Positions 1 to 13,770 of a stretch of 64,000 nucleotides of DNA are shown here, piece by piece (the first letter of the stretch is position 1; each line of letters begins with the position of its first letter). The notes beneath the pieces are model-generated. The model did no database searches, was not told where the DNA came from, and worked only from the letters and a program-made list of their open reading frames with translations. The position numbers were made by a program, and so were the translations under genes. Source of the DNA: Chrysomallon squamiferum (Eukaryota > Animalia > Mollusca); NCBI GenBank assembly GCA_012295275.1, contig CM022670.1, forward strand, positions 16,120,001 to 16,184,000, in the 5' to 3' direction.

Positions 1-125
1 TTAAGTATCAAAAAGTGTTTTTTTCAGAAATGTTTCGTTCATGATATTTTTAAAATTATTATTATTATTTTTAAAATTATTATTATTATTATTTTATTAT
101 TATTATTATTATTTTATCTTTTCAG

Positions 126-182
126 GCTTTTGCTATCCTGGCGACAGCAATAAAAGAAGAAAAGGCTACTGATTCGAAATAA
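126..182 (+). CDS. Probable terminal coding exon of an upstream gene that starts before the window; C-terminus resembles kynurenine/alpha-aminoadipate aminotransferase (AADAT-like)
   Basis: Pyrimidine tract and ttcag acceptor (121-125), then open frame AFAILATAIKEEKATDSK-TAA, followed by AATAAA signals (~219-237). Resembles the human AADAT end AFQVLAQLIKESL as recalled from memory; only 18 aa, so identity is tentative. Confidence 0.5.
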   Translation, partial: AFAILATAIKEEKATDSK

Positions 183-900
183 ACTACTCAAGTTTTACGT
201 CCAAGGATTCACAGATATTAATAAATGAATAAATAAAATAGAAGTAATAATTAAAAAACACAAGACCCCCCCAACAAAAAAAAATCAACCCCGCAAATCT
301 AAATATTAAAATATCTTTCTGAGCCTGTTTTATTTATTCTTTCTTCATTTTATGTTTAAGTGAAAAAAGAATTGCACACACGCGTGCGTATTCTTTGTTA
401 TACGTGGCATCCTCAAAAAAACAACCCCAAAACACAAAAAAAAAAAAAAAAAAACGCACAAACAAACAATAACAACAGCTAAAAGAACGAAGTAAGTAAG
501 TAAATAAATAAATGATAATAAAATAGAGTAAAATAAAAAATTAAAACAAGCAAACAAAACAAAAACAAGCACAAAAAACTATAAAAACTAAATAAATTAA
601 AAAAAAAAAAAAAAAAAAAAAACCATTAAATAAAATAAAACTAAATAAAATAAAATAAAATAAAATAAAATAAAATAAAATAAATAATTAGATTAAAGTA
701 AAACAAAACAATAAAATGAAATATAAATTATTATTATATATGTATGTCGCAATATTTAATTAAAGTTTGAATGTTAATTTACTTCTAACAACATTTTGAA
801 AGAAAAAACATCGATTTAGAAGGGATAAAAAATAATAATGAAACTATTTTTTTTTTTTAAATTAACATAATTTTTTTTTTTTTTTTAAATTACATAATAA

Positions 901-931
<31 letters not shown>

Positions 932-2134
932 ATATTTTATAACCGCTCAAACATTTATATAAAATAAATAGGCCAGAAAATGTTCATTAATTTAGTCAAA
1001 TTATTTTCATTTTGGTACTGAATAAACGGACACATCTGTCAAAATGCGACAACGTTAAAAATTATACAGTCACGTGACTCGAGTAAAACGCGAAACTTTC
1101 GACCTAACCCAAGCTTGGATTGACATATTATTGTTGTATATAGGGGCATTTGCCAGATTTAAACGTCATTGTTAGAGTATTGTTATGAGATTATCAACAA
1201 TTCATGTCGACGCGAGTTAAAAACAACAGCGATTTGCAAACTGGCGTAATGGTCTGTAAGGGAAAAAATACAGAATATTAAAGTGTTATTTTTTCCAAGT
1301 TCGTCAGGAATGGGTAAGAATATTCTGAATTAAACTTATTATTTTAAAAGAAAAAGAAAGGTAAATAATATATTTTGGGGATATTAATTAATTAATTAAT
1401 TAATTTTTTTATTATTTTTTTTTTTTTTGGACTAATCATTCGGAATAATGGGTATACTATTTCGACCGCAAGGTTAGGATGTATTATATTCATTGACTTC
1501 TTTTATTATATTTCATGTGAAATGAAAAAGATAACAAAATTTCTTGCAACGATTTCCATGTCTTTAAGCCTACACAACTTAAATATTGCATTGCAAAAAA
1601 AAAAAAAAAAAAAAAAATCTAAAAAAATTATTGGTCAGCTTAATATTTTCTTGAAGATTTAAAATTTCTGTCTACTTATATTCTTTTATTTATTTATTTA
1701 TTTATTTATCTTCAAAAAATTGATAAAACGATTTATGACTGTCTCCATTCTATATAAATGGTTAGTTACAAAGAAAAGACTATGATTGTTTTCTATTCTT
1801 TGGATGTGTTATATTGTAATAAATGTGCTGATTCCATTTCCGCTGTATCTATAGTAGTAGTAGTAGTAGTAAGTAAGTAAGTAAGTAAATAAAGTAATTA
1901 AATAAAGAAAATTCATAAAGAAAATTAAAACAAAATAGTAACTAAAATTAATAAAAATAATAATAAAATGAATTCATTTAACAAACAGGATAAGTATTAG
2001 ACTGTATAATAAAACTCTGCAGTAGAGTTTATTTCTTTAAAGATATTTCTTCCACAGTGAATTTTATTTTATTATTATGTTTTATGATCATGCATTATTA
2101 TTTTTATTTTATTTTTTTTGTTGTTGTTTTGTCA

Positions 2135-2190
<56 letters not shown>

Positions 2191-2739
2191 GACAGTACTT
2201 TTTGATTCATAAAAACAACAGGAAAACTAAAACAAATCATCTTGAATTTGTTTAATTTAAAAGGAAACATCTGCACTTATGCAGATCTAATTAGGTCAAG
2301 TTCATTTGTATATGGCATAACGCCAGTGTTGTTTGGGATCCTTTGAAAGCGAATAACAAAACTACGGAGCTCGTCTAGTGCTGTATCTACCGGAAACATT
2401 ACTTATGTTAATTACCATAAAGATATCACTTATAACTAATAATAGTAACGTACTAGTTGTTAATTCTTAACACCGAGTATACTGTCATTTTTTTCTAATT
2501 AAAACAGCGTTCTGACGAGATCGAAAAATCATTCAGAGGTCCTATAAATTATAATCGATATTGTTTACTTCATCATAATCTACAACCATTTTTTTAAAGG
2601 GTAAAAAATGAACAAGAAAAAAAAAAAAAAACAGTTAAAGATATTTATTTATTTATTTCACTTGGCCATTTTCATAATTGATTATTGTTATTGATCGCAC
2701 GAAATTATAGAAAATATTTTATTTATGTTCCAAGCAGTC

Positions 2740-2830
2740 CTCCCGCATTGTTCGTTTGCTGACTATTTCCGAGAACAGTACAAATGCATGCTGGGAATGT
2801 TAATGGCTGAATTTGTACAGCGACCAGTGA
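2740..2830 (+). promoter_or_regulatory. Putative promoter of the GT31 gene with a ZNF143/Staf-type motif
   Basis: TGCATGCTGGGA at 2785-2796 (core of the ZNF143/SBS motif), in a locally CpG-richer stretch upstream of the 3620 acceptor. Confidence 0.4.
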
Positions 2831-3656
2831 CCTAACGTTAGATTTTTAATTTGTGATTAAATTGTGCAGTTTGGAAATCATTTCTACAGGACATCATGGT
2901 GGTATATGGATGACTGTGTAATTTCTGTTATGTTGTTTAGTTGTTGTGGTTGCATGACATTGATTTGTTTGCCGGAAGGTTACCATGTTTTATAGGTCAA
3001 TACGTTTTTCATTCATTTAATATTACATATGTTCGAGTAATTAGGACACTTGGCAGATTAAAGTTCAATTTTGTTGTATAATAATATTATTTTATGTTTG
3101 AGAAAAGAAGGATCATTATGACAGTTGAACGTCACTAAAACAATTTATCTAATAATTATAAAATATTACATGCCATGCAATACCTGATATATTACATATT
3201 TATATTAATAAAAGGTAAGAGTTACGCTCATTCGCCCTCCACGCTAGTTATCGCCCTGAAGAGGGACTTGTTTGATGGGAAATATGGGGCTTGGATTTTG
3301 TAAGGGTAATTTACTAAGTAATGTATATTAATATTTATAATAATTCATTTCCTGAGTTATTTAGAGAAAGAAACCGCAAATTCTGCAGAGTTGTCTCCCT
3401 TTATTTTCTGTGGTCAGTCAGTCTGTCTGTTTTTCTCACGTTCATTCATTACTGATCTCTTACAAAATTTCATAAACAAATTTGGTGCAGAAAGATGAAT
3501 TGCTTCTTGTGACCTGTTATGTAAGCTCAATGAATAGGTTTCAAAGTTAATCTCATCATGCGTATATAATTTAGTTGACAAGTAAAATACTTATTTAATA
3601 TATATATATTTCTTTTTCAGATAAAAATCATGTGATGTGTTTGTGGTGCAGTAACC

Positions 3657-4865
3657 ATGACACAGAGACTGAGGGATGCTGTCCGACGGTGGTTCGGTGC
3701 TGATGGTCATTATGTAACAAGTTCAGTGACTGTTACTGTTGAGTTGCTGAGTGTGATGCGGCCACGGCGACTGTCCAAGCGAGTTATATTGAAAGCCAGT
3801 CTGTGGACTGTTCTACTCATTGTTTTCTCATTTATTATCTGTTACACGTTTCTGCTTGCTTATGTCGACAGGCGAGTTCTGTTGGCCAACAAATCATCAC
3901 ACAGATCAGTCCATTTTGGAGGTCGAGGCGTACAAACCAATGCTTCAGGAAGGAATAAAATCAATCCTGATGGTGGAGCGAGAGTATCTCTAAACAGACA
4001 CAGATTAAACAGAAAAGTTGTCTGGGACCCTAGAGGATATTATAGCATATTCGCTCCAAAGGTTAGCTGTAATAACAACTCTTTGTTCACTATAATCATC
4101 ACTTCATCACCTGATCATTTCGATCAGCGATTTCACATTCGTAAGACTTGGTGTAATCCTCTAGCTTCAGGCAATCGCCAGTCTGATTGGCAGTGTGTGT
4201 TTCTTATAGGCGAGACTTTAAACAAAGACACTGATGAAGCATTGGACAGAGAAAGTGATGAACACAGTGATGTACTTCGTGGAGATTACATAGATTCGTA
4301 CAGAAACTTAACTCTTAAAGTGATGCACGGAATGAACTGGAGTGCAGAGAAATGTCCTACTCGGTACACAGTGAAAACTGATGACGACTGTTTTGTGAAT
4401 ACCAGACTGCTGTATAATTTCCTCTTCAAATACAACCCCAAAACATCAGATCTTTATGTTGGCAAAATAAATCATCTGATGAATAAACGAAAAGTCATTA
4501 GAAATGAAGGCAGTAGGTGGGCTGTTTCAGAAGCAGATTATTCTGAAAAATACTACCCTCCGTATGCTAGCGGAACAGGTTATGTAATGTCACGAGATGT
4601 AGTTAGGAAGATTGTAGATGAAAGTAGCTTTATTCAGCCAATTCCAAATGAAGATGCATACATAGGTATTGTGATAGACTCTCTGGCAATAAAGCCAACC
4701 ATGAGTCAAAGGTTTACGGTGTTCAGTGATGGACTTAGGGTGTGCAATTTTCTCTATGTTTTTATAGTGCACAGTGTAGAGCCAATGAGTCATTCAGTGC
4801 TACATAAAAACATGATGGTTGCTCCGAGTCAGTGCAATGATAAAGATGTCACTACGTGGGCATGA
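3657..4865 (+). CDS. Beta-1,3-galactosyltransferase-like glycosyltransferase (CAZy GT31, Galactosyl_T), type II Golgi membrane protein, 402 aa, single coding exon
   Basis: N-terminal TM helix (ASLWTVLLIVFSFIICYTFLLAYV); GT31 motifs IRKTW, VFLIG, DSYRNLTLK, KTDDDCFV (DxD), YPPYASGTGYVMS, EDAYIG. Acceptor tttttcag at 3620 implies an upstream 5' UTR exon. Confidence 0.93.
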   Translation: MTQRLRDAVRRWFGADGHYVTSSVTVTVELLSVMRPRRLSKRVILKASLWTVLLIVFSFIICYTFLLAYVDRRVLLANKSSHRSVHFGGRGVQTNASGRNKINPDGGARVSLNRHRLNRKVVWDPRGYYSIFAPKVSCNNNSLFTIIITSSPDHFDQRFHIRKTWCNPLASGNRQSDWQCVFLIGETLNKDTDEALDRESDEHSDVLRGDYIDSYRNLTLKVMHGMNWSAEKCPTRYTVKTDDDCFVNTRLLYNFLFKYNPKTSDLYVGKINHLMNKRKVIRNEGSRWAVSEADYSEKYYPPYASGTGYVMSRDVVRKIVDESSFIQPIPNEDAYIGIVIDSLAIKPTMSQRFTVFSDGLRVCNFLYVFIVHSVEPMSHSVLHKNMMVAPSQCNDKDVTTWA

Positions 4866-5463
4866 TGCTGATTATTTGGTATGTTTTAATCGATCTCAGA
4901 AATGTACGGTTCTAGTACAGATAAAATTTATATTGATTATGCAAATCTGCTTTTAAATTGTGATTTCCATTTGAACTTGATGTGAATCATTAAAAACTGC
5001 ATACAGTAACCTGACTAATTTTAATTTTGCACCTGAAATGCAAATGAAATAATTTATTTTCAGTAAACATTTCTTACCTGTAACAGCTTTTTGCATGTAT
5101 CCTGTCAAAATTTTATGTTGATATTTAATATTTTTCTTTATTCAACATATGTAGAATATGAATTTTTAATTTGTTTTAACCCAGATTCATTAAACATTCC
5201 TACAACAAGAATCCTGCTTTACTACTGGTTTTATTGCAGTTTACTGTCTTGTTTTTAATTTCAGTGATTTCTTCCTTGATGCCTGAATATTATAAGGAGA
5301 CTCTGTTGGACTGTTCAGTGGCTGTTTGGTCTTCCATTAACCAACTGATGTGAATAATTATCATAGTGCAGCTATTGCCATCAAGTTTTTACCTTTTTTT
5401 GCTTGTCAATTGTCTTTCTAGGAATGTTAAACAGAATTGGTTGAATTTAAAACAAAAATATTT

Positions 5464-5651
5464 CAGTGTATGAATCGCTGGGTGTAACTTTGCATGAGCT
5501 TTTCATATGACAGTGTATGAATCGCTGGGTGTAAATTTGCATGAGCTTTTCATATGACAGTGTATGAATCGCTGGGTGTAAATTTGCATGAGCTTTTCAT
5601 ATGTCTGTGTGTGAATCGTTGGGTGTAAATTTCATGAGCTTTTCACATGAC
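5464..5651. repeat. 47-bp tandem minisatellite, 4 copies
   Basis: Unit cagtgtatgaatcgctgggtgtaaatttgcatgagcttttcatatga at 5464, 5511, 5558 and a diverged copy at 5605; no spacers. Confidence 0.92.
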
Positions 5652-8600
5652 TGTTCATTTCATTCCCACAGCTAAGTCTGTTATATCCAGTGATTTGGGG
5701 ATTTTTTTATATCCATAATAATACACAAAGCTAATAACACTTGTAAATCAATAACTAACACTGCAATAATTAAATTTCCACTGTAGATATATATGTATTT
5801 TTTTTTTTTTTGTCATTACAGGTAGTTCTTTTCATAAAAATCTGATACAGTTAAAAAAAAATAACACTTTCATCAGTTCTTAATAATGTATATTAGGAAT
5901 ATAATTTCAGCCAGCTCAGCATAACAGATACCTCAGAAAAGCCAAATGTACCATTTAACACTGGTTCACACATAAGCATGAGAATCATGATAACATTTTT
6001 ATTTCATCAAAAATTCTTTTCAACATATTTTTTCCCTGTCATAAAAAAAACCCTAGTAAGTTTTTTGTGCCAAGAATCACTGAACTTAAAACTAAAATGT
6101 TCTTACACATTTAGAAATTCATTTTAAAATACATCAATCAGTTATTTTTGATATCATTAGATTAGAAAAACATTTTTCAATTTGATAGAAACATATTTTA
6201 TTTTCATAACTTTACATCTTTCAAACTTGAAACTTTTAATAGTTTATTTATGTAAAAAAAAAAAAAGAGTAAAAATATTTTGATTGATTTCTTATTATTA
6301 TTGTGTAAACGTTGAATTTTGTACACCGCTTCAGGCAGCACATCTTTTATTAAAAATAAAAAAATATATAAATATAATAATACATGAATAAAAATAAAAT
6401 AAAATTGCATGAAAAGTATACCTTCAGGGAGACATAAAAAAAAAAAAAAATATTCCTTTAGACAGATATAAAATATTTAAAAAAAAAAGAAGGAAACAAT
6501 AAGCATTCCTTTAGGCACAAATATTAAAGGAAACATATCACCAATGTGTTTAGGCAAGATACTTGTATTGCACAAATATAATTTTCATTTGATTTCATTC
6601 AGTCAAAATAAAAAAAAAAAAATAAAAAATGTAATAAATAAGTAATAAAATTTAGTAAAAATTTTTATAAATATATTGCAAATTTAAGAAATATTTAATA
6701 AAAATAAAATTGATACTGTGCCTAAGTGGAACTAAAACAAAATATTTTATAATATTTTCTGTGTTATTTATGTTCATGCTGCTCTAGTGATTTCCTTAGG
6801 TTATTAAGTACTTAATTATCAGTCTAAATGCCAATCAGTCATAAACATTTATTACTCTATCATAATATGTTAAAGTAATGTGGAATTTTTTTTATTATTA
6901 TTAAACAGCAGCTTAATTAACTATTGGCATACCTAGTTGGTTATTAAATAAAATTAACTGTTTATAGAGATTTATTAATTAAACAGGTTCTGTTTATATT
7001 TTCAGTATGTTATAAACTTGACTCTGTATGTATATATCATATGTATTTAAATGTGTTAATTATATCTAAACACATTATAAAAAAAACATCATTGATCTCA
7101 TTGCTCCCATAATAAGAGAAAGACAACATTTATTTCCTTCTGAATACCAAAATACATTTCATAGAAAAACATTCATTAGCAGTGGAATTAAGTGAAAAAT
7201 TAATAATTTATTTGGAGTCGAGCCTCTTAATTTTAGCCATGTTCTAATTTGCCATTGTGCTAATCTTATTATAGCTGAACTTTGCTACAGTTGTTTAATA
7301 TCCATGATAGTGGAGTAAATTTAATTTTATTTTCAACTGTTAGGTAAAAAAATCTGTTGACTTCTCTTAGCTTTGGGAACAATAATTAACGAAACAACCA
7401 AAATCCGGTGAAAAACAAACAAATATACACTCCAGAGAAATACAGTCATAATTGTTTTATATTTATGACTGTGTTTATTTTAAGACATACATTATAACAT
7501 AAAAAGCCTTGTACTGATGAATGTAAATGTCTCCTCTTTTAACTGGTGCCTTGTTAATTCAGTTTGTGTTCCTGAAGAATCTCTGATTACTGTTTTTCAG
7601 ATAAATATTGTACAGTTTGGAAGAACACAGTTCTTATGATACTGTGATATTTTAGAATTCACTGATAAGTGAAGTCTTTCATTCTGAAGTTTTTATTTAA
7701 GTATGAATTGAAAATAATTTGAAAATTATTTTAATGTCTGTTAATAATTCCTTTTTCTCCTTTAAAATACTTTTAGCACATGTTTGGTCAATAAGTTGCA
7801 AGTTTGCTTCTATAAGTGTAAGATGTTATAATGTAGAGATCATAAGCAAAAAAGGCATTTCCACATCTTGCCTTTTCAGTGCTTTTGGTGAATTGTTTTT
7901 CCATCAAGCAAATTATTTTTTAAATGATCTGTGACTAATACTCAAATACGCACACGTTTTTTTTATTTTTGTTAATTTTAAGTTGGTAAATGTAGATTTT
8001 CACTCATTCATTCCAAGTGTTACATATGTGAGGGCTCTGTCTGCTCACTGACACTGTCATTAACAGACAGTTACTGTAAATCATCAAATTATCATAAGTC
8101 TCTAGCTCGACTACATTCTACTAAGTTACCAAGGATAAACTAAATTAATGGATGGGGCCTCACTTTAAAATGTTACTTTGTATGGTCTACAGTCAAACTG
8201 TAACATGTCTCTTGTTTATCTGATTGTCTTTTCTATAGATCACCTGACTGATGCCAAATTCAGAGTAAATGTAGTGCTAATCAGTTGTTTGATGGCATGG
8301 AACAGTCAGATTTGTTCATGATCATCATCAACTGTTAAAATCAAAGTGAAAACTCTATAAGGATGGCATTAGTTGTAGTTTAAAGATTTCGTTAGTGATA
8401 ATCTCTTCTTCCTCTGCATACACAATGTTCTGTAACAATAAATGTTGTTGATAAATAACAAGTCTGTTCATCTCAGCTCAGCACCTATCAGTTTGATCAT
8501 TAACAGTGCAATGAAATTATGACTACATCATGTCACGAATCTCTGCTGAAACTTGTTCACAGCAAATCTTCCCTTTCTGCTTTACAACGAATGTGTAATA

Positions 8601-9708
8601 TGGTTTGGTTTTATTTTAAAAGATTTTCTCAGATTCTGTAAAATTGTTTCTTTGTACTTTGCTGTATTTTATATTATTTTATTTTTATTTTTATTTTTTT
8701 TTCTGAGCAACACTGAGATTCTAATGTCAAGAATATTTTTTAGTATTTACTTACATTTGTATTCTTTCTGAGTTTTTCGTTTCGATTGTGTTTTCATTAT
8801 TAATCCTTACAGTATTTTTGAAATAACCAGTGAATACTAGGTATTTGTACAGTCTATACTAAAGGTGGAAAAATAAATTTAAGAATACTCATATTATTAA
8901 TAATCTTTTAATACTATATTTTTTATAATCGAATTCACATATTAATTATTATTTGTAAAAGAAGATTGTTTGATAAATGTTTTTAATTCATAGAATCAAA
9001 TTGAAAGTAATATGATTTTATTCATTATTAATCAGAAATAATTAGCTTTATATTAATAACTTTATTAACTGTTGAATATATGATAAAGGCAGTTGACTTT
9101 AGTTTATATTGATGCAATTTTTTTGCTTTAAATTTTATCTGGATTTTAAAAAACTCAGTTTCTTGTGTTTAACTCAGCATTATATTTATAGAGATTTTAA
9201 ATTTTTTGTTTTTTTATTTGAAGGTCATAAACAGTTATCTCTGATGAAATTATTTGAAACTTTTTAATTTAGTTGTTAGATTCAAAATACCTGGATATTC
9301 TCTTTTTTCTTGGTTATGTTAAAAAATAATAATAATAATGTGATGATGATGATGATGATGATGATAAATTGAGCATTTATCTAAATGATACAGGGGACAA
9401 AAAGTTGAATTCAGTGTACAACTTAATTGTGTATTAATACCAGAAATTTTAATAGTTAAAAACAATAACTCCTGTTTGATGCATTTTTTTAATTTAAAAA
9501 AAAAAATTTGTTGTGTTTTGTTTGTTTTTCTTTATTGTCCTGTTATATGGCATTTTAGTTACTTATTACTGTTTTTATTGTTTTAATTATTATTTATGTT
9601 ATTTATTTTTTTTTTTTTTTTTTTATATATAAACAGGTTTGTGCTTTATTGTGTAATATGAAATTATATTATGGCAGCTATTCCAAACATTAATGAATGC
9701 ACATCTTG

Positions 9709-9742
<34 letters not shown>

Positions 9743-10869
9743 GTGTGTGTGTATATTTTGTATATAATATATTCAAGTAGTTTGTAAATGTAGCTCATTT
9801 TGAAATGGAAGTATGTGACACACAAAATGGGAGTTGGTTAGTGTTATCAGTTGCTGGCAGTTGATTTGAATGGAGTAATAAACAGGATAAAACACACAGG
9901 TAACCCTGTACAGATAAATTACTGTAAATTATTACGTGACAGAGAAGTGATATGTGGACATGGAAGTAGGAAATGAAGGAATTTTAACTTGTAAAATGTG
10001 TCATGATTAGCCCAGTGAATGTAATGCTCAACTTAAAAAAAAAAAAAAAAAACCCAAAAGTAAAATATCAAAATGTGATTCTATTTATAGAAAACTAAAT
10101 TATGCACACAGTATTTCACATACTTATATTATGAATGAAATTGATTATTAAGCTTAAATTTATCCTTGCTATTTGTTATTTGCTTTACTGTCTTAATTTG
10201 GAAATAACATAAAGGAAATAACAATGTGTAGCTATAGTTAACTTTCTTATTTATACAGATTATTATTACCATTTACTATTACCCCCCCCAAAAAAAAATA
10301 TATATCAAAGAAAATATTATAATTGAGTTTTTTTACTTTTTTATGATTTTTATTTTTAATTTTTGTAAATTTAAAATTACTGATAAATTGTTTGTTCTTT
10401 TTTTTAGATCATTTAAAAAAAAAAAAAAATTATAAATATATATATATATAAAGGAAATCTTGGGCTGGAATTTAATAATAATTATAATTACTGTGAGATG
10501 TGTTTTTTTTTTCATCATGACTCATCTGTCATATCACTATTTTTGTCATGTTAATACAGAGAAGCTTGTCGAGCATTTTGAATATTAAATGATAAAAGTG
10601 ACTTGCTGCATGCTGAGAATGCTGCTGGGAATATCTGCCTTGAAGTTGTTATGTTTTTGTTGTAAATAAGTAATGTGAGGCGTTTATTGTTTCCTGATTC
10701 CTGCATAAAATATCCAAGGTTGTGATTAGTTTCCCTTTGCTTTATGATGCATTTTTATAGTATAGTCCTATATTTTTACATCTGTAAACAAAACTTTGCA
10801 GGGATTCTACATAAGTGAAGACAAATTATGACTAACTTGTACAGGAATGTTTGTTTGTTTGTTTATTTG

Positions 10870-10914
<45 letters not shown>

Positions 10915-12156
10915 TCATTTTATTTTATTTTATTTTATTTTATTTTATTTTATATTTTGTAAAAACTTGGTAATGAATTTAATCCCTGCAATGTTTTATG
11001 TAATTTGTTTTCCATGTTGAATGAGAAATAAAGGAAGTATGTTCAGCTGTGATCAGACCTGGTAAATCATGGATATCATTATTAAAGTTAAGTAAAATAA
11101 TTACTCTAAATTTTCATACAATTTAAAATTATGTAAATGAAATGTTTCCTTTTTATTAAAGCCATTTTTTTTCTTAATCATAAAATATATCTGGATTTTT
11201 TTAAACAACTTAAAAATATTTTTTTTTAATTTACAGTTTTTTTAAATTAATCTATACCAGGTAAATTAAACATCAGTATAAATGACCTTGTTTATTTATT
11301 TATTTTACATTTGTTTATATATATATTTGTCAATTTTGTAAGAATGGTTTATTTTTATTTGATTATAACGTAAAAATAACTTTTTATTTTTTAAAAGTAC
11401 TAAGTAAAAAAAAGAAGAAGAGTTTTATATGCTTGTGGTGTTTATTTGTGGAATTTGATATTAAAAGGTACAAGTTGATGATATACATGACGTATATGTG
11501 TGGATGTTTGGTTTTGGTTTGTGTGAAATATGTATATAAATATTGATTAGGTTTGATTGTTACCAGTATGTTTCTCAGAACATTCCTAACCAAGAGGGTT
11601 AGCCGGATTCTAACACAGTGCCAAACAATGCAATTGTATAAACTGGTACAGATATTTAGTTAATAAAATTAAAATGTTTTTTTTTTTTTAGAAACACAAA
11701 GCTTTCAGAGATTTCTGTACTTGAAATACTTGTCTAGAAGACAAAAACCCAAATTAAATTTCCAAAGTTTACCTGTCCAAATAATTTTTCTTTATACTTG
11801 TAATTTTATTGTGTTGGGTATTCAGCCTCGTAACAAGATAAAAAATAAAAGTGGTGGAAACCTTTTGAATGCTACAATCAGATTTTCAGAATGTAAAGCT
11901 GGTGTCTTACATCATAATGTGAATATTTTTTTGGCATGTGTTCAGATAGAAATGATCTTCACTGATGAATAAAATTATTACTAATTGTAACTTGTTTTGT
12001 TGTTACTGACATATTTTTCTTTATTATTATTTTTATAATATTCTTACTACTGAATCATTTAAATATTTAATTTTTATATGAGGATGTGTTAAGAACTGGC
12101 TTGTATTTTTCAAAGTTATTTTCATTTACTATGTTGTTCTGTTTTTCATTTTTGTG

Positions 12157-12188
<32 letters not shown>

Positions 12189-13718
12189 TATATGCGTGTG
12201 TGTATAAATATTTTTTTATATTACTTCTTTTTTATTTTTTAAAACAAATTAATCTATAACAGTGTAATAAATTGATCACAGATTCTTTCCAAGTATGCTG
12301 ATAACAAAATGTTAAATAAAAGCCAACACATTTCAGTGAATAAACAATCACAATTTATTTAACTATGTTTAGATTGCACATCGATCCGAGACTGGAATCT
12401 AATAAACAGTCTGCTGATTAACCTGAATCAAATACAGTCTATAACAGTCTTCAACTTGCTGGACAACAAGGGGGAAGAAGTGGGAAAAAAAATAAAAATA
12501 AAATAAAATAAAATCCCCTCCCTAAAAAACCCACTAATTTTATAAAACATAAAAGCTATTTGTTTTGAGAACAATATTTTCTCCACACTTCAAAAAAAAA
12601 AAAAAAAAAAAAAAATTTAATAAAAATCAAAAACATATAGCAACTTGTACTAAATAGCTGAAATATTTCAGAGGTAAAGTTAAGGCAAAGTTCATAAACA
12701 AAACCAACAAAGTTTTGATGAAATTCATATTAAGAATTAGTGTAAGTTTTTCAAATTGCATAATACCTCAACATTTGATTTTTTTTTTGGTTTGTTTTTG
12801 TTTTTCAGTTTGTTTTAAAAGGATTTTATATTGAATTTATTATTTTTTAATATCTGTATTTATTTGATATAATACTGCATTTCAAAATGAAAATATATTA
12901 TGAACATACCTACAAATATTGAGAAAATGATACACAAGCAAGTAAAGCTGATATTTCATGTTTCACTGTTACATAAACTGGTGTCGATAAATGAAAATAT
13001 TCACATTAAGATTTATTTTAAATAAATTTCTTTTCTTTCTTTTTCTGTTTTTTTTATTCTTCATTCTAAAGGAAGAGATAACTAAAGAAAATATCTTACA
13101 GGAAAAACAAAATCATTTAAAACAATTATTCAGTTTCTAAAACAGGAAAAATTTAAAACAAGAAAAAGTGAATATAAAATAAATAAAAAATACATTTATA
13201 TTATAAGTTTTTATACCTAGCAAGATTTGAACTCATTTTTCACTTTCAGATACTAAAATCTATATTACTGAGTTTATTTATGTATATACATATATATATA
13301 CATATATTTTTAAAACAATACAATTCCTAACAATTTATTATATAACAGACTAATTATAAGTTCTTTTTTTTCTTGTTGAGATCATTTGCTTGAAGAGATT
13401 AATATTTGGAATGTTCTTCTTAAAATCTTGTTCTATTTACAAACATCAAATAATATTATGTTTTGTTGATCTTTACAATAAACCTTCATACATCTGCTAG
13501 GTGGCTTCTGTGAAGTTGTAATGTCCAAACATTGTTATAGAAAGAAAATACCAAAATACCTATGATTTTGTTTATTTTTATAATCATCAAACAAAGTAAC
13601 ATATTCTAAAGAGATACCAGAGTGTTAAACAGAAATTTGCATTTTCTTTAACTCTGCACATATGTATGTGATTTCAGAAGATCACTCAGTAATTTTTCAG
13701 GTTTTATTTTATTATTAG

Positions 13719-13770
<52 letters not shown>

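Noticed and set aside
4860-4875. TGA readthrough or selenocysteine at the GT31 stop
   Set aside because: A second in-frame TGA follows two codons later, and I saw no SECIS-like structure.
5464-5651. 47-bp repeats as a CRISPR array
   Set aside because: Head-to-tail copies with no unique spacers, no cas genes, eukaryotic context.
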